A program made the translations under genes and the position numbers. The notes beneath the pieces were generated by a model. That model was not told the origin of the DNA and searched no databases. It saw only the letters and a program-made list of their open reading frames with translations. Shown here piece after piece: positions 13,070-25,999 of a stretch of DNA of 64,000 nt (position 1 is its first letter; the number at the start of each line of letters is the position of its first letter). The stretch is from Felis catus (taxonomy: Eukaryota). Location: contig NC_058368.1 of the NCBI RefSeq assembly GCF_018350175.1, positions 50,531,815 through 50,595,814 of the forward strand, given 5' to 3'.

Positions 13070-13292
13070 GGGGCGCCTGGGTGGTGCAGTCGGTTAAGAG
13101 TCCGACTTCAGCCAGGTCACGATCTCGTGGTCCGTGAGTTCGAGCCCCGCATCAGGCTCTGGGCTGATGGCTCAGAGCCTGGAGCCTGTTTCCGATTCTG
13201 TGTCTCCCTCTCTCTCTGCCCCACCCCCATTCATGCTCTGTCTCTCTCTGTCCCAAAAATAAATAAACGTTGAAAAAAAATTAAAAAAAGAA
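13070..13292 (+). mobile_element. Young felid SINEC_Fc-type SINE
   Basis: Perfect 16-bp TSD aagatgtcagtattaa (13054-13069, 13293-13308); CpG-rich body. Confidence 0.97.
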
Positions 13293-15355
13293 AAGATGTC
13301 AGTATTAAAATGCTTGTGTCCTTCCACTCACGTTTTAATTATCTCAAACAGGTTGACTTAAGGATTGTAGGAGTGTAAATTGACTACATTTTCCCCTAAC
13401 ATAGCTGCTAGAGAGATGGCTGGGATGTCTTGCAGATTAGTTGGAGACTCACCTTTTCCACCTTTGTTCTAAAATTTAATTAGCTAGCATTTCTGCTGAA
13501 CTGATGTGATGAAACTCAAGAATCTGTGGCCCACATGAGTCTGGCCTGTGGAAAGAGTTCTCCGGGGGTAAATAGATTCACTTGACTTGAACTTCTCCCT
13601 TACCTCCAGAAACAAGCCTCACTAAATAGAAATAGAAGTCGTGAAATGTGCTGCGTATGAAACTATCACCCGCGAAGGAAGACCCTATAATTAAATGAGT
13701 AGAAGTGACTGAATCTGTGGAGCTAAAAATTAATCAATTTCTATGTGCACAGCCTGCCAACCTTAGCACACTGGTTGGGCATCTTGCCTGTTGGTCTTCG
13801 ACCTAGGATGGGAGCATAAAAATTACCTCATCATTCAATTTAAAAAATCTGATTGACCCATTCCTTTACGTAGGATGGCTCCTGCCTTAGAATTAACCAT
13901 GGATCTCCCTTTTAAATGAGTTTCGACTGGGGTATCACCTTTAATTCATATTTTTCACACTATATTTAGGTTGTATTGGGCAAAAGGATTCAGAATCTGT
14001 ACATGACTAAATTGTTTTAAAAGCTAAACAGTGCCACAGGCCTGTGGCACTCAAACTTCTAAGTGTAAAACAGAAATGAGAGACTCACACATCACACATC
14101 TTCTCTGACAGCTCTGAATAACTGGCCAGGCTGTCTGCTGTGAATGAATCCTGGCTCCAATTTGGCTAGTCAGTCTTTTCTGTAGCAACCACTTTCAGGC
14201 CCAACACTACCATTTCTGACAGCATACATATGTATGGAAAAGCATGGGGACTATTGCATTATCCAGCAGGGGTAACATTGCCAACCTTTTGGTTTTCAAC
14301 TTACATTGTTACTTGATTCCACGGTGGAGATGTGGGCAGGTGAGTTCAATATAGCTGATAGAATCACAATCCAGGCAGCAGGAAGGCAAACCCATGAACA
14401 TTCTTCCTTTTCTACTGGATCATCCTGAAACTTTTACGGAAGCCAGTGGTGAATATACTGTTGATTCCATTTTATTCTTTCAGGGGGATCTGCAGTTATT
14501 TTTAATTTTTGGTTTCTCTATGGTAAGAAGGTTGGACTAGCCACAATTATCATACCTCCATCTCTTCTGGAGTGTTTTTTATTTCAGAGACCAAGTCCAG
14601 ATGTAATGGGAGAACTAGATTGACTAATTAGGCTGGAAGAGATCTTAAAATGTATTATTTGGTAGAAACCCTTGGGTGTCCTGGGTAATCCAGTTATACG
14701 ACACCAGGAAAAAAAACTCCTGACGTAGAAATTATAGGGGGCTTAAACCCAAAGGAAATAAATGTGTCTAACTTCACTGTTCTCTTCCATGTCTAATAAT
14801 CCAGTTAAATGCAGATGTAGCATGCCACACAGTAGATCTCTTGAAATTGAGGCAATTCACAAAACTTGGTAAATGTCATACTAGCATTTTCCCTGACTCT
14901 GACACCTCAGGGCAACCGAGAGAAGTTACTTCCCATTGCCCAGTACCACACATCTCTCTTCATTTAGCAAGATGAAGAAAAGAATGGATGTAATCACAAT
15001 ATTCTTAGAAAGGTCATTAGGGTTTGACCATGAAAATGTGACCACCTGTCCTCCACTCTTTCATGGTTTTTTAATATATGTTGGTTATTTTCCCCCAAAT
15101 TTTATAGATTATTTTTATCTAGGTTTGCTAGGAAGCAGATTTGGTAGAGAGCAAGAGGGAAGCACCATGTGCAGAATATTATAGGGTAAAGAATGGTGGA
15201 GCTTAGAGACTTGACATTAACCAATGCTGTGACCTAGGACAATACCCTTTCCTGCCCGATACCTCAGTGTCTCCATCTCTCAAATGTTTTGCCTGGGGAA
15301 TATCTATAGACATTGATACCTTCAAAAATGCAATTCTATGCTTGCAGCTTTGTTT

Positions 15356-15369
15356 CTCTTTTTTCTTTT

Positions 15370-15409
<40 letters not shown>

Positions 15410-15426
15410 TCATTTTTTAAATTTAT

Positions 15427-15472
<46 letters not shown>

Positions 15473-15642
15473 GCATGAGCAAGGGAGGGGCAGAGAGAGA
15501 GAGGAGAGAATGAGATCCCAAGTAGGCTCCACACTGTCAGCGAGGAACCCTATGTGGAGCTCCAACTCATGAACCATGAGATCATGACCTGAGCCAGAGT
15601 CAAGAGTTGGCCGCTTAACTGACCGAGCTACCCAGGCACCCC
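15356..15642 (-). mobile_element. CAN-SINE with (TTTC)n-expanded tail
   Basis: (TTTC)n, (GA)n and head ending cccaggcacccc; partial TSD cagctttgttt. Confidence 0.93.
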
Positions 15643-15767
15643 ACACTCCACAGCTTTGTTTTTTGAGTAGCCTATTTTATTTCTTTTGTGGAGATATTAA
15701 TGATGGTTTTTAAGGGCTTACTTAATGGCATTTTTTAAAAGCAGCTTTGGCAGAAACATTAAAAATG

Positions 15768-16171
15768 TATAGTAATGGTAGATGCTGTGATGTGTCACCC
15801 AGACCTCTAGCTGCCGTGAGTGCCACCAGCATCCGGATCTCAGTAATCAGCCTTCTTCAGAATTGCCTCATTGAGAAGAGCCACTCTGCCCAAAGTCATG
15901 CCCCCTTGACATGGAAATGTGAAGGCTCAGCCTCCTGACCTGAATTCTGAAAAACGTAAAGGGTCAGCCTTGGTTCAAAACTCCCCATATGGCTGGCGAA
16001 GCCTCCCTTGGGACTGCATCACAACCCAACATGTTCCCCTGCCAAATTCTGGCTTCCTTCCCTTCTTTCCCTTCTGCAGGTGCTGATCTCAGGAGTGTTC
16101 CCGAGTAATTCTCCCCCTGCTAATCCCCAGCTTAGAATCTGCTTCTCTGATTGCCTAACCTGTACCAGACA
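15768..16171 (+). mobile_element. ERVL LTR16-like solo LTR
   Basis: agatgctgtg start; ends ctaatccccagcttagaatctgcttc...cctaacctg..agaca, resembling the LTR16 3' end. Confidence 0.65.
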
Positions 16172-17429
16172 GTGTAGAATACTTCTCTTTTATTATCAAG
16201 TCATGTTTTACTTATCTTAGGTTCTAGGACAAGGTTCTTTCTGCTTTCCAATAATAAAAGCACTCTGATTGTGCTAGGGGGAGTAGTTTTCTAAGGATGC
16301 AGGTTATGGTCTCTTTCTTTTGTGCAGTATAACCCAAGCAAAATAGCTTGTCTACACTTTGCAGACTCATCAAATGCATTGACTATTCAAGAAAATTGAA
16401 CTTGCTATTTATGGCCTCCTTAGATAAATGTACTTTAAAAAATTCAGTGTTTGTAAGTAATTTGAGTTCACTAGAAGGACTTTGACAGGTTATTTAAAAG
16501 GATATGGAATGTTGTGAAAAGATGGCATTATTTCAATTCCTTGATGTTTTAGCCAACCTTGTGAGGTCTTCTTATTGATGGGAACAGTGTAATTTTAAGC
16601 ATTTTATATTTTATCTTTAAAAAGTGAATCATGAAAGAAAAAATTTTCAATTGCACTATCTTTAATTGGAAAAGAAAAGCTGACATCAAGTTATGAAAAT
16701 TCATGAATAGAAGGATAGTGATAGACATTTTGAATGACTTTAACTTACATTTAATTATTCAACATTAAATGAAAAGTATGTAAACATGAACTGCAAAAGG
16801 ATAGACTCTAAACCGAAAGGATATTTTCTCATTGAGAGTCTCTGAGGAACACTTCAGAGTAGATTTAACTCAATAAAATCTCAGTACGAGAAAGGGGGAA
16901 AAAAAAAGGACCATTGAGAAATTCATCATGGAAAACATCACAATGTAGAGATAGAAATATTTCTATAAAGAATATTTACTTAACATTTTAATATTTAGGT
17001 GGTGAAAGAATCCAAAATACAAACCAAGGATCAATTATCTAAACTAGGGGTAGTTTTTTGTTTTTGTTTTTGTTTAACAAGGATACTAATATTGAGGCAG
17101 CTTCCTCTCCTTACCTCTTGCCCCTGCCTCCAATTTCTGGAAGGCTTACATGATTTTTTTGGTACCAACTCTGTTTATCTCAAAGGTCTAGAAAGCAGGA
17201 CAGTTTTCCTAGTTAGGTGTAAATGAGTTATAGAGTAGCATAAGGATCAAGCAAGCAGAAATGAGACCAGCTTCCTGGGCCACACATACTGTTTTGTTGC
17301 ATTGAGATTTTGCATAGAAAGTATGTTGTCCTGTATCATATCACTATGCTTCAGGAGCATATGAAAATTTGTTATAAACCCAATGAGGGGAAAAATCACC
17401 TGAACATAAACAGGAAGGGATAATGGAAA

Positions 17430-17620
17430 CTAACATGTATTGCTGATCTGTATCTGACACCATTCTAGACACTTTTATCTCAGTCTCCATAGAACCCATG
17501 ATAGGGTTGAATTACCGAGCACACTTTACAGAGAGAGAAATTAGTAATTGAGCTAACATCACACAGTTAAGAAAAGGAGGAGTCTGGATTCAAAGCAAGA
17601 TCAGTGAAACTCCAAAACCT
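17430..17620 (-). mobile_element. MIR relic
   Basis: tttacagagagagaaatt...ctaacatcacacagttaag...ggattcaaagcaag...ctccaaaacc. Confidence 0.65.
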
Positions 17621-18125
17621 TTGTATCAGCAGAAATGATTGTGTGCATCTGTGTACTACCCCAGACCCCTTCAGACCACTTATTCTCCCTCGCCATGTCC
17701 TCCCTTCTTCTCCTGATTTTCCTCCTGCTCCATTTTTTTTTAAATATCTGATTTGCTTGTCTATTTAATGAGGGCTTGGGATGTTAGCTATGAATTACAA
17801 GGATGTTTGAGGTAAGAAAGATGTAAAAGTTAATTGCTATCCAATGTTGGAATAATAACATAATGAAAAATTCAGCTTCAACTCACCTGAGCTCACTTCT
17901 CCTCTTCAAATAGCAAATAATCAAGCTGCAGAGGACTTTTTAAATTACAATGGGCAAAGGATGAATTCATCACATTGGCTTAGTGTGTGTGTACAAAACA
18001 AACCTATCACTATATCGCTATTTACCACATTTCTCGGATGAATGAGTTATGAAAAAAATGTGCAGTTTCAAAGAGACGTAAAATTATTTTTAACAATTAA
18101 GAAATAAACCAGATGTACGTAGATG

Positions 18126-18337
18126 AGTGGTTATTAACCAAGTTACATCATCCCCTATGGAAAATTTGGCAATGTCTAGAAACATTTTTAGTTGGCACAA
18201 TGGAAGGAATTGCTTTTGGCCTCCAGTGAGTAAAGTCCAGTGCTGTTGCTAAATGTCCTATAATGCACAGAAAAGCCCTTTCCTTAAAAGAATTTCCTAG
18301 CCCCAAATCCCAATAGGGATGCCTATTGAGAAACACT
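18126..18337. mobile_element. MER20-like hAT-Charlie DNA transposon
   Basis: atttggcaatgtctagaaacatttttagttg...gctaaatgtcctataatgcacag...ttgagaaacact. Confidence 0.8.
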
Positions 18338-18344
18338 CATTGAG

Positions 18345-18622
18345 GTGATGTGCAAATTTTTAACAATGGGACCATTTTTTCTCTTGTCAAAGACATTTTT
18401 TTTCTTCTCTCATACAGTCAAAAGTCATAGGTATTTTCTTGACTCAAACAATTATGCCTTTATTTAAAACTTTGATATTTTATTTATTTCAACATTTTTG
18501 CATTTATTTTTTAAAATATTTCATCAAAATATTATTTATTTTGACTGTTGAGTGTTTTGACACCCCACTGAGTTTGTGCCCAGGGCATATATCTCACCCA
18601 CTCTACCCTAATCCTGTCTCTG
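18345..18622. mobile_element. hAT-Tip100-like (Arthur-type) DNA transposon fragment
   Basis: AT-rich body ending ttttgacacccc...tttgtgcccagggca...ctaccctaatcctg. Confidence 0.45.
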
Positions 18623-18649
18623 TTCAAGATATAAAAAAGGAAACATAAT

Positions 18650-18870
18650 ATGGCATAGTGGTGAAGAATGAGGCTCTAGGGTCTAAATGTCTGGCTCAAA
18701 TTACAGTTTTAGCACTTTTTAACTCTGTGTCTTTCTGACTTTATTTCCTCCCTCATCTGTAAAATGGATAAAGTAGTACCTATGCACCTTGGTTGTTTCA
18801 AGGGGTAAATTTATCATTTAGCAAAGAACTTGGCATAGATTCAGCGCATCTCAAACACTGGGTATTAAAA
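18650..18870 (+). mobile_element. MIR relic
   Basis: tggcatagtggtgaagaatgaggctct...cctcatctgtaaaatgg core. Confidence 0.7.
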
Positions 18871-18949
18871 CATAGCACTAAACTGGATGCACTTTCTGGT
18901 GTCATGAGTATGGATGAAGGAGAATGACTCTTTATTGGCTGGTCAAAAA

Positions 18950-19161
18950 TTTTTTTTAATTTTTTTATGTTTATTTTTGAGAGAGAAAGAGAGAGTGTGA
19001 GTGGGGGAGGGGCAGAGAGAGAGGGAGACACAGAATCCAAAGCAGGGTTCAGGCTCTGAGCTGTCAGCACAGAGCCCAACACAGGGTTTGAACTCACAAA
19101 CCACGCTATCATGACCTGAGCCGAAGTCTAATGCTTAACCGACTGAGCCACCCAGGCTCCC
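18950..19161 (-). mobile_element. CAN-SINE
   Basis: T-tail, (GA)n and head ending cccaggctccc; degenerate TSD tggct..tcaaaattttt. Confidence 0.93.
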
Positions 19162-19224
19162 TGGCTACTCAAAATTTTTAAGGAATGACACCATGCAACC
19201 CATCTCTTTTTCTGTGCCTAGTTC

Positions 19225-19452
19225 TTTTTTTTTTTTTAATTTTTTTTCAACGTTTTTATTTATTTTTGGGACAGAGAGAGACAGAGCATGAACGGGGGAG
19301 GGGCAGAGAGAGAGGGAGACACAGAATCAGAAACAGGCTCCAGGCTCCGAGCCATCAGCCCAGAGCCTGACGCGGGGCTCGAACTCACGGAGTGCGAGAT
19401 CGTGACCTGGCTGAAGTCGGACGCTTAACCGACTGTGCCACCCAGGCGCCCC
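19225..19452 (-). mobile_element. Young SINEC_Fc-type SINE
   Basis: Near-consensus body; TSD t[g/a]cctagttct. Confidence 0.96.
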
Positions 19453-19685
19453 TACCTAGTTCTAAGCTAAGAACCACACTCAAGGTCTCTCTTTTTGGTG
19501 GTCTTACACCTATTTCACTACAAAGACAATAGTATCTAATAGCCTAGAACAAACAAGAATCATTTTCTCCATTCTAGGACAGTAACAGAACTTTGAGTAA
19601 TAATAGGACATTAAAACCAAAAGTCAAATCAATAACCTGAAATACAGGTGGAAAATAAGAAAAGCAAATCATGGAAAATAGGCCC

Positions 19686-20315
19686 TATTACCAGTAGCAG
19701 AGTGTGCATCATGTGAATGGAGGTCTCAGTTCTTGGATTCCCCATGAAAGATTTACCTGATGACCCATGCTGGAATAAAGAAAGGAAAATAGCAAGCAGA
19801 AAGCAGTTTATTAAGGACAGTACACTCTCAAGATGGGAGGGTGGGCAGGCCCAGAGGTAGCAACTTCCCTGAGGCTACAGGGTCGTTTCTTTTTATGTAA
19901 GCAAGGTCTTGGGTCATGGACCCATTGATCTCTAATGGAGTCTGTTCCCAACCAGTTGGGGGGACTCCTCCCACTGGTCAGGAGAGAGAGTTTTTGACCC
20001 TACAAGGTTTGTATCAGAACCATCATGGCAGTCTTCCCCCATGATGGCGGGGCAGGACACAAAACCGCAATGCACATGCATTACTACGAGTCTGGGGGTT
20101 ATGCTGGAGCTTAGGTGAAAGAGGAGAGCTCATGTTCTATACCTGTGGTTCTTGGTATGTTAGCCCCAGGGTCTTGGAAGCCACTAGGCTAGGATGTTGA
20201 GGGGTAATGGAAGGCCTCAGGACAAAGTCAGGATGTTGTGCCCCCAGGCTTCTAATATGTAACCTATTTATCATTGCCCTTGCCTCCAGCTAATGTCTAA
20301 CTGCCTCCTCTATCA
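19686..20315 (-). mobile_element. ERV1-like solo LTR
   Basis: Minus strand begins tgatagaggaggcag, has AATAAA (plus-strand tttatt near 19807) and a degenerate far terminus (tattaccagtag on plus). Confidence 0.6.
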
Positions 20316-20419
20316 GTTCCAAACAGTGTTTCTAAATGAAGCAAGTCTGGTTTACATATAAATCCTGGTCACAGTGCCATCCTGGTCATTGTCACCTGGC
20401 ATAAGCAAACAAAGAATGA

Positions 20420-20836
20420 GATTTCCAGATTCCCTTCGTAGCTGTGGTCATGTGATAAGTGATGTTGACCACAGTGGAAACACACTGAAGTGTGTGATAT
20501 TCTAGGAAGGCTGTTTATGGATTCAAATTATTTTGGAGAGAATTTTTTTTACTTTACTTTTGCATTGCATCTAGCCTGCATCAAAATGATCGCTGGAGCT
20601 CCAGCAGTTACTTTGAAACATGAGAACATCTTGGGTATAGCAGACATATGTTAAAACACTGAAATAGAAAAAAACAGGCGTCAGATTTCCTGATATCAAT
20701 ATGGAACTGCCACAGAGGCCCCAACCTGCCCACCTCTGGACCTCTTTTAAATGAGAAAGAAAAATAACCATCTCCTATTTCACTTGAGCCTCCATATTTA
20801 TGTGTGTTATAAACAAATGTAATCTTAACTGATACA
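20420..20836 (+). mobile_element. MaLR LTR (MLT1J/K-like)
   Basis: gctggagctccagcag...cctgcccacctctggacctctttt...atcttaactgataca. Confidence 0.75.
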
Positions 20837-21687
20837 ATTTCCTTTTCATGTGTCATTTTTCAAACTTCGGAGAGCTGACCAGCTTTCTTCCACCCACACT
20901 CACTTTGAATGTATGATTTGAATGTATATCCAATGTGCTTAACTTAGAAACAGCTTTTTAAAGCCTGAATTTCCATTTTGCCCTTATTTTCCACTTATTT
21001 TTCAAGTTATTGACTTGGCTTTCAGCTTTAATATTCTGTAACTCAAGTTTACTAATTGTGTATGTAGATAAGCTGCCCCTACTATTATTGACTGGCTTCC
21101 AGGAAAGAGTGCCTGCTTAACCATGAAACATATTTTGTTTTTCACATGTGACTTCTGTGACCATTAAAGGGAAGGTTGAATGTCCTTGCTTTTCCAAGCT
21201 GCTTGGTAAGCATTACTCTGACCTTAATTGATTGGGACTATTTCAGGATTTAAGAAAATGCACATTATGCTTCAAAGCGCAAGTTGTGTGGCTTGTTCCA
21301 GCTTGTGGCTTGTTGCCAAGGTAAATCACTGAACATTTCTAATAGGAGAGAGTAAAGATATTGTAATTTAATAATAATAATAAAGAAATTAATTGGCAAA
21401 TGAGTAAAATCGCTGTCGTTCAGGTGATAGAACTGTCACATTCAGTTGATAGAAAAGCCTTCTGCTTGGAGGTCTCAAGCTCACCAATGTGAGTCTGTGA
21501 ATCTGGACTGTATGATCCTACAAAGGTAGGAAGGAGGACAAAAGAGAATGGATGAATGAATAATAAAGAAAATCTACAGTTGTTTCTTTCTCTTCTTTTT
21601 AGATTTCTTCCTGATGCTTGAAAAAACTCTAACAATAAAATATTATTTGATAAAGTCATCAAATTCTACCTAAACTTTCTTTCTCTA

Positions 21688-21787
21688 TTTTCTTTCTTTC
21701 TTCCTTTCTTTCTTTCTTCCTTTCTTCCTTCCTTCCTTCCTTCCTTCCTTCCTTCCTTCCTTCCTTCCTTCCTTCCTTCCTTCCTTC

Positions 21788-21874
<87 letters not shown>
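21688..21874. repeat. (TTTC)n-(TTCC)n-(TTTC)n compound microsatellite
   Basis: About 187 nt of uninterrupted pyrimidines. Confidence 0.97.
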
Positions 21875-21907
21875 ATATACACCAAGTCTCCTGAAACGCA
21901 TGTTATT

Positions 21908-22165
21908 GTAGCAGATACTGTAGTGCCTCTATTGCAATCGGCCTTACCAGTTCACAGAAGTTTCGCTGGCTGCCAGATCCTGCTCTTCCCTCAAATAGGA
22001 CAGACCAAAAATGCCAAGGGACTAACATCCTTCTGGGGATAGCCCTCAACTAGTGACTGATGGAAGTCGGTGTATAAATAGCCTAGTTCCCTCTCCTACT
22101 GAGTGGGATAACTCTGAGATCCATCTTTTACACTTGCTCCCAGCATTCCCCAGTGTGATTAAGTT
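21908..22165 (+). mobile_element. ERVL LTR16-like fragment
   Basis: tgtagcagatactgtagtgcc start; agccctcaactagtgactgatggaagtcggtgtataaata; tgggataactctgag. Confidence 0.7.
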
Positions 22166-22439
22166 TAATAACCATACTTGTGCTGGCCTAGTAGCATACA
22201 GTTTTAATGAAAGATGATAATTTGTTGCTATGTAAGTCCAGAATTATCTAATTTCAGGCACTGTACCTACAATTACTAGCTTGATTGGAAAGAAGCTCAA
22301 GTGAGTCCAACTGATTGCCTTAATTGTGTATCTCCACAAGGATCGTCACATACATTGCCTGCCCTCCAGGTGCTTGACAGGGAGAAAATCCTGAAATGCT
22401 TGAGAGGAACAATATTTATAGAAATTCCTGAAAATCAAG

Positions 22440-22550
22440 CATTCATTCAACATTGAGCAAGTGTTTGCATGCCTACTGTGTGTCACATGCTTTGCTAGGA
22501 GCTGGGGATACAAGGTTGTTTTTGTACTTGTGAAGCTTAAATAGCCTAGA
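22440..22550 (-). mobile_element. L2 3' end relic
   Basis: cattcattcaac...gcctactgtgtg...tgctaggagctggggataca. Confidence 0.65.
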
Positions 22551-23423
22551 ATGAAATGAAAGACTTAGTTATAAAATATGTTAAGTTCAAAGAAAAAAAA
22601 AAGTATACTTATTGCCTGTGCATCCCCTTTGCAATAAAATCTGTGAATTAAGCTAGACTCTCTGAGGGAATTCTCTGTGGACTGTAATATACAGTCCCTG
22701 GGTGAAATGGTTTTTACTGAACTGTGTTTTGCTGTAATGTCATCAGCTCACATAAAAGTATGTTATATGGAAATAGTACAATTACACCTCTCACCATGTT
22801 TATTTGAAGGATGGTGTGAAAGGTGTTCGTTAAATAAATCTCACAATATCTCTTTATAAGGGCACAGAGAGTAATTTCTCTTTTTTTCTCATTGAAATGG
22901 GTATCTGTGCTTGTCCTAATCAACTGGTCTGCTTTTAACTTATGGATACTATGATTCTGTTTCCGAAGTTCCTGATACGTGCTAGAAACCATGGGGCACA
23001 GAGGCACAGATCAGTGTTCCGGCCCATCTCCCATGAGCGTATAGTGTTTTACTGCCTATATTATTTGTGGCTATCACTCTGGGATTCATTTTATTGGTCT
23101 CTTCTTATTTTCCCCTTATTACATTTCTCTTTTTAATAAAAATTTATCTTTCCAGATTGCCTGCATCTTTGTAACCTGCCTAAAATCACTCCAGAATAAG
23201 ACTGAGCAAAAATAAATCATCAAAAATAAAATGATTAGAATCTCACAAAGAAAATTTACTTAATTTCATCAATTTAAACTGACACTATTTAGATAATTTA
23301 TTTATTTCACTGTAGTTCTTTATCTCAAGCAGTGATTAGAAAGTCTATATTATAAGTAATAAACACATTTTTGTTAAACTTGAATAATTTTGAATATATT
23401 CCAAATAAAACAGAAACACTTTT

Positions 23424-23645
23424 GGGGCACCTGGGTGGTTCAGTCAGTTGGGCGTCTGGCTCAGGTCATGATCTTGTGGTTTATGAGTTTGAGCCCCACG
23501 TCAGGCTCTGTGCTGACAGCTCAGAGCCTGGAGCCAGCTTTAGACTCTGTGTCTCCCTCTCTTTCTACCCCTCCCCTGCTTGTGCGCTCTTTCTCTCTCT
23601 CTCTCTCTCTCAAAAATAAAATAAACATTAAAAAATTTAACAAAA
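23424..23645 (+). mobile_element. CAN-SINE
   Basis: 12-bp TSD agaaacactttt (23412-23423, 23646-23657). Confidence 0.95.
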
Positions 23646-24327
23646 AGAAACACTTTTTGTGGATAGGAAGGAATAAAATGAAAACAATAAAGCTTTGTAT
23701 TTTTACATTGAAAAGATTCACTTCTCTTGTCCTTCACACATCAACCTTCTGATAAGATTTTCAGGGGAAACTTTTGTTTTAGAACTCAGGAAAAGTTTTT
23801 TGATGGCAATGTTTGGAGCTGCAATACATCTACACTTAACTTTGAGGAAAAGAAAAATCATCTAGCCATTGAGAGACTATGCAGAGGACAGGCCAGAAAT
23901 GCAGGGTGTTAGATGGCACTGAAATGTAGACACGCCTTGATCTTTTATAGTCTCACCAAGCAAAGTCCTGAGATTGAGCAGCCATGGAAATTTGGGTTCA
24001 TAAAGTACATAGCCCCTTTTGTGGAAGGATGGTCACTCACAGCTTTCTATCCTTTCTGTACTATGGTTTGCAGAATATTTATGACTGTAACAATTTTTTA
24101 TTTTTTAGTTTTTGAAATATCAACCTGAGACCATCTAATTATGGTTAGATGTGGTTCACATGGGTTAGATTGAACCTATATGTGTGATAGGTTGTTGGCT
24201 TTTTTTTTTAAGCTTGGTTCTTGTCTAATTAAATTCTTAGAAGGGCACAATTGGCAGAACTGATTAACCCATTTGTTTGTACAGAAACAGCAGAAAGTGA
24301 TTTTTTTGAAAATATATAAATAGGCAA

Positions 24328-24330
<3 letters not shown>

Positions 24331-24368
<38 letters not shown>
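24331..24368. repeat. (CA)19 microsatellite
   Basis: Directly visible. Confidence 0.97.
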
Positions 24369-24373
<5 letters not shown>

Positions 24374-25999
24374 ATATATAAAGACTATAGGCAATATCAA
24401 ATTCTTTATTTTTTCTAAATATTTGATTTGGTTTGATGCTTCACATGTCAATAATTTCCAGATAAATATTTATATCAATCTTCATTATTCCTGTTCTTTT
24501 CCTATTAGACTTTTTGTTTTTATAAGACCCCCACTGAGAACTGAGTTATATTAACTCCTTCAAAATACCATCTTGGTTCTGAGTTGTAGGACTTTGTGTT
24601 TCCTTACTTCCCTTAGTTTATAATCAAAAAATAGTCTCATACTTAAAAAAAAAAACAAAACAAAACTACAGAAACAGAAATGTTCTGCTTTTGAATACAA
24701 TTGCTCCTATATCATAAGAACTCAAATTGATTGATACTGCAATATGAGTGGTAGTTGATATTAAATGAATAAAGAGGACAGCTGTGGTGGGGTGATGGAC
24801 TGGTGGGGGACAGAACTCGTTCACTGTGAAAGTGCTTCATTCAAGTTGGAGAATGGAGGTTCCTGGGAATTCAGTTTCTTGGTGGGCCTTTGTGGTCAAG
24901 CAAGTCTGTTCTTTTATTCTGTGTCCTGAAATGATGAGGGATTTTATTCTCCAAGCCTGTCATTCCAGTACTTTTCACAGGCAAGTAATTGAATTTCCAA
25001 AAGCCTAGTACTAGAAGAGCCAAGCTCAACATCCTCTCTTGGCTTCCATTCTATGGCTTTTTTTCTGCTGAATAAGGCCCACTGAGAATGACTAGATTGT
25101 AGTTTATTATGTTGTCCTGATTATGAATCAGTGCAATTTACGAATGTTTTGCATTTGAAACCTGGAGTTGTTTTAGGCTCATTTGCTGACATATGTGAGT
25201 TTGCTAGAAAGGGGCAGGATCAAATGACATCCACCATCTGTGGAGGGTATTATGTCTAGAGCTAAGAACTGGGAACATGAAAGAGGTTTGCAAAGTGAAT
25301 TCAACCTACTTGAGTCCAAAAGCAAAACCAAACATATATTCCTGCAAAGTATATCCAAAATCACTCAGTTTAGAATTATATATACTCTTGAATTATTTTA
25401 ATGCATATATTAATGTCAATTTTTAAATCATGAAGAATATTAAGAATAAAATTAGGATCTGAGGGTAAATTTCTGTATAAGGGAAATTATTAGAAATTGT
25501 GAAATCAGTAAATTAAAAAAAGTGTCTTTTGTTCCCAAATAACCCTTCTTTATTATTACTTTAAGTTAAAGTGTCATATTTTCTTTCAAACCTATTCTCA
25601 AACATGGTCTTCTCTTATACTCCTTGTCAATGCCAGTTAAGATCAATAACTTTCCCAAGGTTGAATATTGTTTCAATCTTTAAAGGACTGATCCCTTTCC
25701 AGGGTATTTTGTTGGAAGGGGTGGTGGAGATTGGGATCAGAGAAAGATGAGATTATTTGAAATCATGTCTTATAGTAGACATAATCCATTACCTATATAT
25801 CAGGTCATTCCTATTTTTTGGCAACTTATTTTAAAGGTATTTTTGTTAGCAAAGCTAGGTGGGTACCGCATTATATGGTGGTGAGTCTCATAGCAGTGTA
25901 TAAACACCAGTGGAATGCAGAACATTTGTAATAATGAACAGTATCTCAAATCATAAGGCTCAATTATTCTATTCTTGGTGTTGAAATGACTTATCTTTC

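Noticed and set aside
13070..13150. tRNA-like A/B-box sequence
   Set aside because: tRNA-derived head of a CAN-SINE, not a tRNA gene; the same holds for all copies.
21659..21901. KERK/EGRK-repeat ORFs
   Set aside because: Translation of the (GAAA)n/(GGAA)n microsatellite.
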